Counted from the first letter of the stretch, positions 1 through 9,437 are shown. The stretch is 64,000 nucleotides of DNA from Patescibacteria group bacterium (GCA_041650515.1 JBAZLA010000003.1:30819-94818), one strand, 5' to 3'. Notes: a model not told the origin generated them from the letters alone. A program made the numbers and translations.

Positions 1-507
1 AATATTAGCTTAGTGCCCCAAGACCCAATACTATTTCATCGGACTTTGTTGGAGAATATTCGTTATGGTAAAGCAGGGTCAAGCGACGTGGAGGTTATGG
101 TCGCGGCTAAAGCGGCTCACTGTCATGAGTTTATCGGCAATCTAGCCGATGGCTATAATACTTATGTTGGCGAGCGAGGGATTAAACTTTCGGGTGGCGA
201 ACGCCAACGCGTGGCGATCGCTCGGGCGATTTTGCGCAACGCGCCGATCCTAGTGCTTGATGAAGCGACCTCGAGTCTTGATTCTCACTCGGAGAGTTTG
301 ATCCAAGATGCTCTAGATAATTTGATGAAAGGTAAAACGGTAATTGTTATTGCTCATCGTCTGTCGACTATCCGTAAAATGGATCGAATTATTGTGATTG
401 ATGAAGGTGGCATTAATGAAGAAGGCTGTCATGATGAACTAATTAAGAAAGATAAAGGTATTTATCAGAAGCTCTGGCATCTGCAGGCTGGCGGATTTAT
501 TCAATAG
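1..507 (+). CDS. ABC transporter ATP-binding domain, C-terminal fragment (5' end outside window)
   Basis: Frame 1 reads LVPQDPILF...[14 protein letters not shown]...[11 protein letters not shown]...IAHRLSTI (Q-loop, ABC signature, Walker B, H-loop). The ORF is open to position 1. Confidence 0.8.
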   Translation, partial: NISLVPQDPILFHRTLLENIRYGKAGSSDVEVMVAAKAAHCHEFIGNLADGYNTYVGERGIKLSGGERQRVAIARAILRNAPILVLDEATSSLDSHSESLIQDALDNLMKGKTVIVIAHRLSTIRKMDRIIVIDEGGINEEGCHDELIKKDKGIYQKLWHLQAGGFIQ

Positions 508-542
508 TACCCAGTAAACAGTACATAGTACGTAGTACATAG

Positions 543-597
543 TAGGGGGCATGGTAGTGGTAATTCATGAATTACCACTACCATGCCCCCTATTTTT
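543..597 (+). terminator. Rho-independent terminator (22-bp perfect stem plus T-run)
   Basis: agggggcatggtagtggtaatt / aattaccactaccatgccccct inverted repeat followed by atttttg, 36 nt after the ABC stop. Confidence 0.6.
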
Positions 598-805
598 GAT
601 CAAAAAAGAACCCTACCGAGTACATCACCGAAAACGCCGAAGCGTTTGGGGTGACCATGGGTAGGGGCGATGAGACAGGCCCCTCTAATAGACTTTCTGT
701 TGTCAATAAAACAATAAAAAAGGAATTAGCTTTCTTGTTTAGGCCCACAGGGCCGTATGTTGCCTTGCTTTCTTGCCTTATTTTCTCTATAATTCAAATA
801 AATTT

Positions 806-2101
806 ATGACTCAAACACTAATCTCTCAATTAGCTCAGTCTAAAGAGCAATCTGTTGCTCTAAAAGGCTGGGTTTGCAACCTTCGTTCTTCGGGCGGAAT
901 CTATTTTTTGCAGTTGCGTGATGGCAGCGGTTTTATTCAATGTGTGGTTGATAAAAGTAAAGTCAAACCAGCGGTTTGGCAGGCTTGCGAAAAGATGACC
1001 ATGGAGTCATCAATTGAAGTTAGCGGCCAAGTGACCGAACATCCCAAACAAAAAGGCGTTTATGAATTGCAAGTTAGTGACCTAGTGATGATTCATCTAG
1101 CCGCCGAATACCCGATTGCCAAAAAAGATCACGGGCCGGATTTTTTGCTCGACAATCGTCATTTGTGGCTGCGCTCCAAACGGCAGTGGGCCGTTCAGCG
1201 GGTTCGTAATACGATCATCAACGCCACTTATGAATATTTTGAACAAAATAATTTTATCAAGATTGATTCACCAATTCTTACTCCCAATGCCTGTGAAGGC
1301 ACCACCGAACTTTTTGAGATCAATTATTTTGATTGGGCCAAGGCTTATCTGACCCAATCTGGTCAATTATATCTAGAAGCGGCGATTATGGCCCATGGCC
1401 GGGTATTTGATTTTGGGCCGGTTTTTCGAGCCGAAAAGTCTAAGACCCGTCGGCATTTAACCGAGTTTTGGATGATGGATGCCGAAATGGCTTTTTGTGA
1501 CCACGAAGGCAATATGAAGATTCAGGAGGAGCTGATGATCTATATTGTCGAGCAGGTTCTGGAACGTAATTCAGCCGATTTAGTTTTATTAGAACGCGAT
1601 GTTGAACCATTAAAAAAGATCAAAGCGCCTTTTTATCATCTGACTCATGCCGAAGTAGTTGGGCAGCTCCATAAATTGGGTTCTAGTATTAAGGAAGATG
1701 ATGATTTGGGTGCTACTGATGAGACAATATTGACCAAGCAGTATGATCGGCCGATTTTTGTTGAAAAATATCCGGCTAAGGTTAAGGCTTTTTATATGAA
1801 ACCTGATCCTAAAGATCCGAAGCGGGTTTTAAATGCCGATCTGTTAGCGCCCGAAGGTTATGGTGAAATATTTGGTGGATCACAAAGGGAAGATAATTAT
1901 GAGGTTTTATTGAAGAAGCTTAAAAAGATGGGTCAAAAAATGGCTGATTGGCAATGGTATTTAGATTTGAGGCAGTACGGCAGCGTGCCACACAGCGGTT
2001 TTGGCTATGGTCTAGAGCGGATTACTGCTTGGCTTTGCGGTTTAGAGCATATTCGCGAGACCATTCCTTTCCCTCGATTAATCAATCGGTTAAAACCCTA
2101 A
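806..2101 (+). CDS. asnS: Asparaginyl-tRNA synthetase (class II). The track start at 773 is TTG; ATG at 806 preferred.
   Basis: FRAEKSKTRRHLTEFWMMDAE (motif 2), FGGSQRED (Asn-type), PHSGFGYGLERI (motif 3), FLLDNRHLWLRS. Confidence 0.75.
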   Translation: MTQTLISQLAQSKEQSVALKGWVCNLRSSGGIYFLQLRDGSGFIQCVVDKSKVKPAVWQACEKMTMESSIEVSGQVTEHPKQKGVYELQVSDLVMIHLAAEYPIAKKDHGPDFLLDNRHLWLRSKRQWAVQRVRNTIINATYEYFEQNNFIKIDSPILTPNACEGTTELFEINYFDWAKAYLTQSGQLYLEAAIMAHGRVFDFGPVFRAEKSKTRRHLTEFWMMDAEMAFCDHEGNMKIQEELMIYIVEQVLERNSADLVLLERDVEPLKKIKAPFYHLTHAEVVGQLHKLGSSIKEDDDLGATDETILTKQYDRPIFVEKYPAKVKAFYMKPDPKDPKRVLNADLLAPEGYGEIFGGSQREDNYEVLLKKLKKMGQKMADWQWYLDLRQYGSVPHSGFGYGLERITAWLCGLEHIRETIPFPRLINRLKP

Positions 2102-2151
2102 TTAGCTGTCAGCTGTTGGCTGTTAGTTATCAGTGAGTAGGAGTTAATAAT

Positions 2152-2598
2152 ATGATTGAGTTTAAAAATTTAGCATCGATTAATCAAGATGGCCAGCCGA
2201 CCTTGGTTACTATTGCTTCCGGGCCGGTGATTATTAAGGATGGTAAAGTATTACTTGATAAACACGGTGATGATTTTTGGAAATTTCCCGGTGGGGCGAT
2301 TCACAGTGATAATGGTTTAGAAGCCAACGCTATTCGCGAAGTTAAAGAAGAACTGAATATTGATGTCCGTTTAGTTGGTGGGCCCTACGTGGTCACGCTG
2401 GTTAGAGAAAAAGAGGGAAGGCAGGAATTAGTAGTATTAGTCCATTATCTAGCCGAGATTATCAGTGGCGAGCCGCAGGCCGGTCGTGATGTCGTGGAAT
2501 TTGCCTGGCATAAGGTTGATAATCTGCCGACAGATTGTGCGCCTAATATTAGATCAGCAGTGGATTATTTTATGAATCAGGTAGCACGTAATGCGTGA
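2152..2598 (+). CDS. Nudix hydrolase
   Basis: Nudix box GGAIHSDNGLEANAIREVKEELNI (GX5EX7REUXEEXGU). Confidence 0.7.
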   Translation: MIEFKNLASINQDGQPTLVTIASGPVIIKDGKVLLDKHGDDFWKFPGGAIHSDNGLEANAIREVKEELNIDVRLVGGPYVVTLVREKEGRQELVVLVHYLAEIISGEPQAGRDVVEFAWHKVDNLPTDCAPNIRSAVDYFMNQVARNA

Positions 2599-2619
2599 TA
2601 AAACGGATTACGTGAATTT

Positions 2620-3888
2620 ATGATTAAAAGTCTTAAAAAGTTGTTTGGTAAGCTTGGTCCTGGGTTTGTGACCGGCGCTTCAGATGATGATCCGTCGGGG
2701 ATTGGTACTTATTCAACCGCTGGCTCTAGATTTGGTTTTTCTCAATTATGGACACCATTATTCACCTTTCCTTTAATGACAGCTGTTCAAGAAATGTGTG
2801 CGCGGATTGGTATGGTAACCGGTCGCGGCCTAGCCGGGGTGATTCGAAAAAATTATTCTCGTCGATTGCTCTATTTTTGCGTAATTTTATTGGTGGTGGC
2901 TAATACGATTAATATTGGCGCTGACATTGGTATAATGGCGAGTGCAATTGGGATTTTATTCGCTGATTCGTCTTTTGTCCTTACCGCCGGTGTGCTAACT
3001 TTGTTGATTGTTCTACTAGAGGTTTTTATTCCTTATCGAGTATACGCTAAGATTTTACGGGTTTTGGCTTTTTCTTTGTTGTCTTATTGGATTGCTGCTT
3101 TTTTTATCAAAATTGACTGGTGGGAGGTAATCACCAGCATTGCTATTCCGCAGTGGCATTGGCAGTTGGATTATATTATGATTTTGGTTGGAGTATTAGG
3201 CACAACAATTTCGCCTTATCTTTTCTTTTGGCAGGCATCGGCGGAAGTAGAGGAGGAAATTATCCTGGGTCGGCAGTCAATTAAGTCGCGTCTTGGGGCC
3301 ACCCGTGAAGAGATTCATCGGATGCGCGAGGATAATTTTATTGGCATGCTTTTTTCCAATTTAACAATGTTTTTTATTATGTTGGTGACTGGCGTGACGT
3401 TGTTTAAAAATGGAATTTATAACATCGAAACCGCCGAGCAGGCCGCCTTAGCTTTGAAGCCGTTAGCTGGCGAATGGGCTTATCTACTTTTTACTTTAGG
3501 CATTATTGGTACTGGTTTGTTGGCGATTCCCGTTCTGGCCGGTTCGGCTTCTTATGCTGTTAGTGAGGCTTTTAAAATTAAGAATAGTTTAGGTCTTAAG
3601 TGGAGCCAGGCTAAGGGCTTTTATGGGGTAATTATTATTTCTACTTTTATCGGGTTACTGATCAATTTTATTGGTATTAACCCGATTAAGGCTTTACTCT
3701 ATACGGCGGTATTGAATGGGCTGGTAGCCGTGCCCTTACTGTGGGTAGTCATGCGGATCGGCAATAACCAAAAGATCATGGGTGATCTCAAAAACGGTCG
3801 TCTCTCTAATACCTTGGGTTGGCTAGCGACTTTAGTAATGACGACCGCGGCCGGAGTGTTGGTAATAGGTTTAATTATAAATTTCTAA
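2620..3888 (+). CDS. Nramp-family divalent metal cation transporter
   Basis: N-terminal GPGFVTGASDDDPSGIGTYSTAGSRFGFSQLW and ARIGMVTGRGLAGVIR match Nramp/MntH signature regions. Polytopic membrane protein. Confidence 0.7.
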   Translation: MIKSLKKLFGKLGPGFVTGASDDDPSGIGTYSTAGSRFGFSQLWTPLFTFPLMTAVQEMCARIGMVTGRGLAGVIRKNYSRRLLYFCVILLVVANTINIGADIGIMASAIGILFADSSFVLTAGVLTLLIVLLEVFIPYRVYAKILRVLAFSLLSYWIAAFFIKIDWWEVITSIAIPQWHWQLDYIMILVGVLGTTISPYLFFWQASAEVEEEIILGRQSIKSRLGATREEIHRMREDNFIGMLFSNLTMFFIMLVTGVTLFKNGIYNIETAEQAALALKPLAGEWAYLLFTLGIIGTGLLAIPVLAGSASYAVSEAFKIKNSLGLKWSQAKGFYGVIIISTFIGLLINFIGINPIKALLYTAVLNGLVAVPLLWVVMRIGNNQKIMGDLKNGRLSNTLGWLATLVMTTAAGVLVIGLIINF

Positions 3889-3903
3889 TTTTTATTTAAT
3901 ATT

Positions 3904-5310
3904 ATGAAGACTTACATTAAAGAAACATTAAACCAAGTTGGTCAGGCAGTTGAGCTTAAAGGCTGGGTGCATGTTAAGCGTGATATGGGTAAAATCTCCT
4001 TTATCGATCTGCGCGACTCAACGGGTTTGATTCAAGTTGTCTTATTACCCAAAGAGTTAAAAGTTGGCGCGGAGCAGATAAAAGAGCTACGGCCCGAGTT
4101 TGTGATCGGTATCAAGGGTTTGATCCAGAAACGCGATGCTAAACAAATTAATAAAGATTTAGCCACCGGCGAGATCGAAGTTTTAGCTCATGAGCTAGAA
4201 ATCATTAATCAAGCCGAAATGCCGCCCTTTGAGATTGATAATGAGAATTTGCAAGCTAATGAAGAACTGCGTTTAAAATATCGCTATTTAGATCTACGTC
4301 ATTTGCGCCTGGCCAAGAATATCACTCTGCGACATGAGATTATTCGATTCATGCGTGAGTATTTATATAATCAAGGTTTTCGTGAAGTTGAAACTCCCTA
4401 TCTTACTAAGTCAACGCCCGAGGGCGCCCGCGATTTTGTGGTGCCTTCTCGCAATTATCCGGGTAATTTTTATGCTTTGCCTCAATCGCCCCAACAGTAT
4501 AAGCAGATGTTAATGGTTGCGGGGATTGAGCGGTATTTTCAAATCCCGCGCTGCTTTCGTGACGAAGATCAACGTGGCGACCGTCAGGCCGAGTTTACGC
4601 AGCTAGATATTGAGATGAGCTTTGTCGAAGAGGAAGAAATTTTGGCTCTAAATGAAAAACTAGCTATTGAGTTAATTAAAAAAATCGCACCAGAAAAAAA
4701 GATTGCCCAAGTACCCTTTCCGCGGATCACCTATGCCGAAGCTATAAAAAAATATGGCAACGATCGGCCTGATCTACGGACCAATAAGGATGATCCTAAT
4801 GAGCTGGCTTTTTGTTGGGTAATTGATTTTCCGATGTTTGAGTATAAAGAAGGGTATAAGCGCTGGGGCGCGGCTCATCATCCTTTTACCGCGATCAAAG
4901 ATGACCACTTAGAATCCTTAGGCCAGACGGATAAGATGGGCGAGATTTTAGCTAAACAGTATGATTTAGTTTTGAATGGTAACGAAATCGGCGTTGTTAG
5001 TATTAGGACCCATGACCCCAAAATTTTAGCTAAAGTTTTTGCCGTTTTAGGTCACAGCCAGGAGGATATTCAGAAAAAGTTTGGTCATTTATTGGAAGCT
5101 TTTAAGTACGGTGTGCCACCGCATGGCGGGGTTGCTTGGGGTCTAGATCGGTTCGTGATGATTATGGCTGGTGAGCAGAGTATCCGCGAAGTGATGGCTT
5201 TTCCCAAAACGGCAGATAATCGTGATCCGTTGATGGATTCGCCGAGTCAGATTGATAAAGAGCAGTTGGCAGAATTAGGATTAGATATAAAGAAGAAAAT
5301 TAAAAAATAG
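3904..5310 (+). CDS. aspS: Aspartyl-tRNA synthetase, short bacterial-type lacking the GAD insertion domain
   Basis: LPQSPQQYKQMLMVAGIERYFQIPRCFRDEDQRGDRQAEFTQLDIEMSF (motif 2), GSIRTHD, GGVAWGLDR (motif 3). FPRITYAEA...DLR runs straight into WVIDFPMFE with no GAD domain. Confidence 0.8.
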   Translation: MKTYIKETLNQVGQAVELKGWVHVKRDMGKISFIDLRDSTGLIQVVLLPKELKVGAEQIKELRPEFVIGIKGLIQKRDAKQINKDLATGEIEVLAHELEIINQAEMPPFEIDNENLQANEELRLKYRYLDLRHLRLAKNITLRHEIIRFMREYLYNQGFREVETPYLTKSTPEGARDFVVPSRNYPGNFYALPQSPQQYKQMLMVAGIERYFQIPRCFRDEDQRGDRQAEFTQLDIEMSFVEEEEILALNEKLAIELIKKIAPEKKIAQVPFPRITYAEAIKKYGNDRPDLRTNKDDPNELAFCWVIDFPMFEYKEGYKRWGAAHHPFTAIKDDHLESLGQTDKMGEILAKQYDLVLNGNEIGVVSIRTHDPKILAKVFAVLGHSQEDIQKKFGHLLEAFKYGVPPHGGVAWGLDRFVMIMAGEQSIREVMAFPKTADNRDPLMDSPSQIDKEQLAELGLDIKKKIKK

Positions 5311-5313
5311 GTT

Positions 5314-5550
5314 ATGCGAATAGAAGGCCGTTGGGTTTTTGATCCCCTACAAAAAGTTAAGAAAGTTGGTCGCCCCAGTGGATCGGGCGATCGGCCGTTT
5401 GATCATCAAGGGGAGAGACCTGAGCAAGACGAGACTGAACACGGTGACACACCGCCGCCACCATTGTTTATTGATGATGTTGTGGAGATTAGTCCCGAAG
5501 CTAAAAAAGCCAGGGCGGCTGCGGCGGCGCAAGAAAGTAAGGAAAAGTGA
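5314..5550 (+). CDS. Hypothetical acidic, low-complexity small protein (uncertain)
   Basis: 78-aa ORF in a GC-rich patch directly after aspS. Overlapped by alternative ORFs on both strands; no recognisable domain. Confidence 0.25.
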   Translation: MRIEGRWVFDPLQKVKKVGRPSGSGDRPFDHQGERPEQDETEHGDTPPPPLFIDDVVEISPEAKKARAAAAAQESKEK

Positions 5551-5579
5551 TTGTTTTTATCTCTCATCTGGGCTATAAT
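5551..5579 (+). promoter_or_regulatory. Putative sigma70-type promoter for the 5601 ORF
   Basis: TTGTTT (5551-5556), 17-bp spacer, TATAAT (5574-5579), about 20 nt upstream of the ATG at 5601. Confidence 0.35.
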
Positions 5580-5600
5580 CTAGGCAGATAATGGAAATAT

Positions 5601-5924
5601 ATGAGGCTGTCGGTTTTACAAAAATACATCCTCCGGCAGTGTTATTTTGAGCAGAAAAAGCTCAATCGGGATAAACTGACTGCTTTTTATAATAATCAGA
5701 CTGCCTATGTTGCAACCGCGGTAGTTAAAAAGGTCAAGCCAAAAAGAGAGGATCAGGTTAATATTATTACCAAAAGCATTGAACGGCTGATTGAGCGGGG
5801 ACTATTAGTCGGTTATGGTATTAGGACGACTGATAAATGGTTTATTCGGGAGATTAAATTGACCAGAGTGGGTCTAAAAGTGGCTCGTGGATTGTTGGGT
5901 AGTCAGCAGAAATTAAAAATTTAA
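5601..5924 (+). CDS. Hypothetical protein
   Basis: 107-aa ORF with a promoter-like element upstream; no recognisable motif. Confidence 0.4.
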   Translation: MRLSVLQKYILRQCYFEQKKLNRDKLTAFYNNQTAYVATAVVKKVKPKREDQVNIITKSIERLIERGLLVGYGIRTTDKWFIREIKLTRVGLKVARGLLGSQQKLKI

Positions 5925-5939
5925 TTCATAATCAATCAT

Positions 5940-6515
5940 ATGATCAATAAAAAAGTTATTAATTACCTCCAGAAGCAAAAAGTCAGTTTTGATGTTTTGG
6001 ATCACAAAACAGTTTTTACTGCCTACGACCTGGCCCAAACGCTTAAGGAAGATTTGAAAAAGATTGCTAAGACCTTGTTGATCAAAGCGGATAAAGATTA
6101 TATCGTTGTCATTTTACCCGCTCATTATCGGTTAGATCTTAAGAAGCTAAAAAAGGTTCTTAAAGCTCAGAAGGTAGAAATTCCCAAGGAAAAATTAATG
6201 ATCAAAGTATTAAAAATTAAAACCGGCGGTTTGACTCCTTTTGGTAATCTGCATCAATTGGAGACTTGGGTTGATAAGAGTTTGCTAAAAACCCAAAAAA
6301 TGATTATGAATGCTGGTAGTTTTAACCAGAGTTTACGCATGAAGGTTAAAGATTTCATCAAGATGGAGGAGGCAAAACTAGGCAGTTTTGTTGAGGCTGG
6401 TGGTTATAAATTACAAGTTAAACCCAAGAAATCAAAAAAGCAAAAAAGCAAAAAAGTGAAGACGAAAAAAGTTAATAAACCCAAATCTAAGAAAACTAAG
6501 AAAAATAAAAAATAA
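5940..6515 (+). CDS. YbaK/ProX-family aminoacyl-tRNA deacylase-like protein with a Lys-rich C-terminal tail
   Basis: KTGGLTPFGNLH resembles the YbaK GxxxPFG motif. C-terminal KPKKSKKQKSKKVKTKKVNKPKSKKTKKNKK. Confidence 0.5.
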   Translation: MINKKVINYLQKQKVSFDVLDHKTVFTAYDLAQTLKEDLKKIAKTLLIKADKDYIVVILPAHYRLDLKKLKKVLKAQKVEIPKEKLMIKVLKIKTGGLTPFGNLHQLETWVDKSLLKTQKMIMNAGSFNQSLRMKVKDFIKMEEAKLGSFVEAGGYKLQVKPKKSKKQKSKKVKTKKVNKPKSKKTKKNKK

Positions 6516-6519
6516 TATT

Positions 6520-6609
6520 ATGACTTGTGGATGTTGTTGCTGTGGTCCAGCACCGCGCAAAAAAGTAGTTAAGAAGAAAACGGCTAAAGCAAAGACCAAA
6601 AAGAAATAA
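6520..6609 (+). CDS. Candidate 29-aa Cys-rich, Lys-rich small ORF (MTCGCCCCGPAPRKKVVKKKTAKAKTKKK)
   Basis: ATG at 6520, TAA at 6607-6609. Fits exactly between the 5940 ORF and scpA. Below the ORF-track length cutoff. Confidence 0.25.
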   Translation: MTCGCCCCGPAPRKKVVKKKTAKAKTKKK

Positions 6610-6611
6610 GC

Positions 6612-7301
6612 ATGACCTACGAAGTTAGGATGGAACAATTTGCTGGTCCGCTAGATTTGTTACTTCAGTTAATCGAAGCAGAGAAAATGGATGTTACCAA
6701 AGTTTCTTTGGCTAAAGTTGCGGATCAATATTTATCCTATATCAATTCTGCCACCGAGATAAACCCGGAAGAAATGGCCGATTTTTTGGTTGTTGCCGCT
6801 CAGTTGATTTTGATCAAATCCAAGGCTTTATTACCCGATTTAGAGATGGAGGAAGAGGGTGACCTAGAGATTCAACTAAAATTGTATAAAGAATTTTTAG
6901 AGGCTTCCAAAAAAGTTGAATCAATGATTAGAAAAAAGAAGTTTGGTCATGGCCGAGAAAAATTACCAGCCGAAATAGCACCGAGCTTCAATCCGCCCAA
7001 AAAGCTGGCTACTAATAAAATGGCGGAAATTTTTCAAAGCATTTTAGCCAAAATTGAGCCATTGGTACACTTACCCGAACGGGTAATAAAAAGAATTATC
7101 AGTTTGGAAGAAAAGATTTTTAATATTAGACGAACAATTACTGAGAAAATCCAGGCCACCTTTAATGAGCTAGTTAATCGAGAGGATAAAGCGGAAGTGA
7201 TTGTTAGTTTTTTAGCTTTATTGGAGTTGGTTAAGCAACGGAATATTACTCTGGAGCAAGAAGAAAGATTCGGTAATATTTTTATTAAAAAAATACAGTA
7301 A
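6612..7301 (+). CDS. scpA: Segregation and condensation protein A
   Basis: N-terminal FAGPLDLLLQLIEAEKMDVTKVSLAKVADQYL is the ScpA hallmark. Confidence 0.75.
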   Translation: MTYEVRMEQFAGPLDLLLQLIEAEKMDVTKVSLAKVADQYLSYINSATEINPEEMADFLVVAAQLILIKSKALLPDLEMEEEGDLEIQLKLYKEFLEASKKVESMIRKKKFGHGREKLPAEIAPSFNPPKKLATNKMAEIFQSILAKIEPLVHLPERVIKRIISLEEKIFNIRRTITEKIQATFNELVNREDKAEVIVSFLALLELVKQRNITLEQEERFGNIFIKKIQ

Positions 7302-7310
7302 ATATTATTT

Positions 7311-7871
7311 ATGTCCCAACTAAGATCAAAAGTCGAAAGTTTATTATTTATTTCCCCTAAGCCATTGTCAATTAAAAAGATTGCCGAGCTGGCACAGAGT
7401 GAACTTCAGGAAGTTGAGGAAGTGGTTGATGGATTAATGACGGAATATAGCAATCGTGGGATGGAAATCAAAAGATTGGGTGATAAGGTACAAATGATGA
7501 CCAGTGGCGATAACCATAAGTTAGTTCAAGATTTTGTTAAAGACGAAGTGACGGGAGAGTTAACTCGACCGTCTTTAGAAACTTTAACAGTTATTGCTTA
7601 TCGAGGACCGATTTCTAAACCCGAGTTGGAGTTGATTCGTGGTGTTAATTGTAGTTTGATTATTCGTAATTTATTAATTCGCGGTCTTATTGAGGAGGTT
7701 GAAGATAAAAATCGGGGGTCACTTTTTAATGTAACTTTTGATTTTTTGAAATTTTTAGGTATTAGCCAAGTGACGGAGCTGCCCGATTATGATAAATTAA
7801 ATTCAGATGAAAACCTAAAACGTCTACTAACTGGCCAATTAACAGATACCGAAACTTCGGCGGCGATTTAA
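7311..7871 (+). CDS. scpB: Segregation and condensation protein B
   Basis: Directly follows scpA. LETLTVIAYRGPISKPELELIRGV is a winged-helix ScpB motif. Confidence 0.75.
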   Translation: MSQLRSKVESLLFISPKPLSIKKIAELAQSELQEVEEVVDGLMTEYSNRGMEIKRLGDKVQMMTSGDNHKLVQDFVKDEVTGELTRPSLETLTVIAYRGPISKPELELIRGVNCSLIIRNLLIRGLIEEVEDKNRGSLFNVTFDFLKFLGISQVTELPDYDKLNSDENLKRLLTGQLTDTETSAAI

Positions 7872-7881
7872 TCTATTAATT

Positions 7882-8841
7882 ATGCGTGAATTAATTCTAG
7901 GGCTAATCTTTATACTAGGACTTGCTGGTAGTAATCAGCCACAATTTTCATTGCCTATTGCTAACCCAATATCACAGCCAACTAGACAGATTGGTGGTGA
8001 TATTTTGGATGATAGTTTGCAGTCATTGCCTCTAGCTAAGGAGAAAGAGAGCGGGCCACAAAAAGTTGATGATAAAAGTTTGGGGATAGAGGTTAGCGCC
8101 CAGAGTGGAGTGGTTATTGATAAACAAAGTGGCCAAATTTTATGGGAGAAGAATGCTTATCAGCCGCGTTCGATCGCTAGTATTACTAAACTAATGGCCG
8201 CTCTGGTCTTTTTAGAAAATAATCCCGGTTGGGATAAAGAGGTGACTATAGCTGCCAGTGATCAGCGTGAGGGCGGTGTGGCTTTTTTTGCGCCTGGGGA
8301 GGTTGTCAGCGTCCGTGATCTTTTTTACGTTTCTTTAGTCAAGTCGATCAATTGCACGGTGGCGGCTTTGGTGCGCTCTACTGGTTTAAGTGAAGAGGAG
8401 TTCGTGATCCAGATGAATCAAAAAGCTCAAGATTTAGGTTTAAATAGTACTCATTTTGTGGATCCAACCGGCTTGGCCAGCCGTAATATTTCTACTGCTT
8501 TAGAAGTGGCGTTTTTACTTAAAGTAGCACTAGACCATCCTGCCATTGCTAATGCCACAACGCTCAAGGATTTTACGGCAGTGGTTATTAATAAAAATGA
8601 AAAGCGCCAAGCTGGGGCGACTAATTATCTATTAACTAGTTATCTAAATAGCGGCAACTATAAAGTTTTGGGTGGTAAAACTGGTTTTATTGAAGAAGCT
8701 GGTTACTGTTTGACTTCAGCCGTAGCCGATAAGGCCGGTCATCAGGTTATCTCAGTTGTCTTGGGTAGCGCGACCGCCGAGAGCCGGTTTACTGAGAGTA
8801 AGGGGATTATTGATTGGACTTTTAATAATTATCAGTGGTAG
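7882..8841 (+). CDS. D-alanyl-D-alanine carboxypeptidase (S11, PBP5-like)
   Basis: SITK (SxxK), SxN-like VKSIN, GGKTGF (KTG) motifs; N-terminal signal/anchor. Confidence 0.75.
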   Translation: MRELILGLIFILGLAGSNQPQFSLPIANPISQPTRQIGGDILDDSLQSLPLAKEKESGPQKVDDKSLGIEVSAQSGVVIDKQSGQILWEKNAYQPRSIASITKLMAALVFLENNPGWDKEVTIAASDQREGGVAFFAPGEVVSVRDLFYVSLVKSINCTVAALVRSTGLSEEEFVIQMNQKAQDLGLNSTHFVDPTGLASRNISTALEVAFLLKVALDHPAIANATTLKDFTAVVINKNEKRQAGATNYLLTSYLNSGNYKVLGGKTGFIEEAGYCLTSAVADKAGHQVISVVLGSATAESRFTESKGIIDWTFNNYQW

Positions 8842-8852
8842 GAATAAATAAT

Positions 8853-8886
8853 CAAAAAAGACCGCCATCTCAGGCGGTCTTTTAAG
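8853..8886. terminator. Bidirectional hairpin terminator between convergent genes
   Basis: aaaaaagaccgcc-atctca-ggcggtcttttaag: GC stem flanked by A-run and T-run, between the 8841 stop (+) and the 8893 stop (-). Confidence 0.55.
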
Positions 8887-8892
8887 TTATCT

Positions 8893-9357
8893 TTATTTTA
8901 AGTAGAACAGGAGAAGGGAGATAATAAAGAGTGGTACCTCGGTAATCCAGAAAGCAATATAAGGTGAAAAATCAAATTTAGTAATTTTATTATGGAAAAT
9001 ACTATGCAGATTGTAAAAGTGTCTAAAAAAAGTTTTGGGTAGCAACCAGCCGATCGCTTGAGAATAGTCTGGTATGATTGCTCCGACAATACCGGCAACG
9101 ACTGACCAGTAGTTAGGTTGGCTGCTGCTTAATAGAATCAGAATCGTAGCGATCATAAAGGAGTTGTCTATGGCTACTACTTTGATAAATTTTAATAAGC
9201 CATCATGTTGTTCCAGACCGCGAACCATTTTTTTATCACCGTGAGGGATAGCATCAACTAGATAATGGGAGAATATTCCTAAAATAAAAGCTAACCAAGG
9301 ACTAGCAACATTTTGGCCGATTGCCGCACCAATAGCCGTATGGATCGTAAGATACAT
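8893..9357 (-). CDS. Small integral membrane protein, possibly YdjM-like membrane-bound metal-dependent hydrolase
   Basis: Four hydrophobic segments with conserved His/Asp (HYLVDAIPHGD). Family assignment is tentative. Confidence 0.45.
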   Translation of the reverse strand: MYLTIHTAIGAAIGQNVASPWLAFILGIFSHYLVDAIPHGDKKMVRGLEQHDGLLKFIKVVAIDNSFMIATILILLSSSQPNYWSVVAGIVGAIIPDYSQAIGWLLPKTFFRHFYNLHSIFHNKITKFDFSPYIAFWITEVPLFIISLLLFYLK

Positions 9358-9437
9358 TATTTCGTTTTTTTATTTTTTAATACCGCGGCCTTACCCCGGT
9401 TTTTAAAACTCTGTTGGAACGATTGTTTTTTTAGTTT

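Noticed and set aside
5339-5578. Alternative ORFs 5339-5578(+) and 5347-5532(-) overlapping the 5314-5550 hypothetical
   Set aside because: Three mutually overlapping frames in a short GC-rich patch. At most one can be real, and none has motif support. The longest-frame call is kept at low confidence only.
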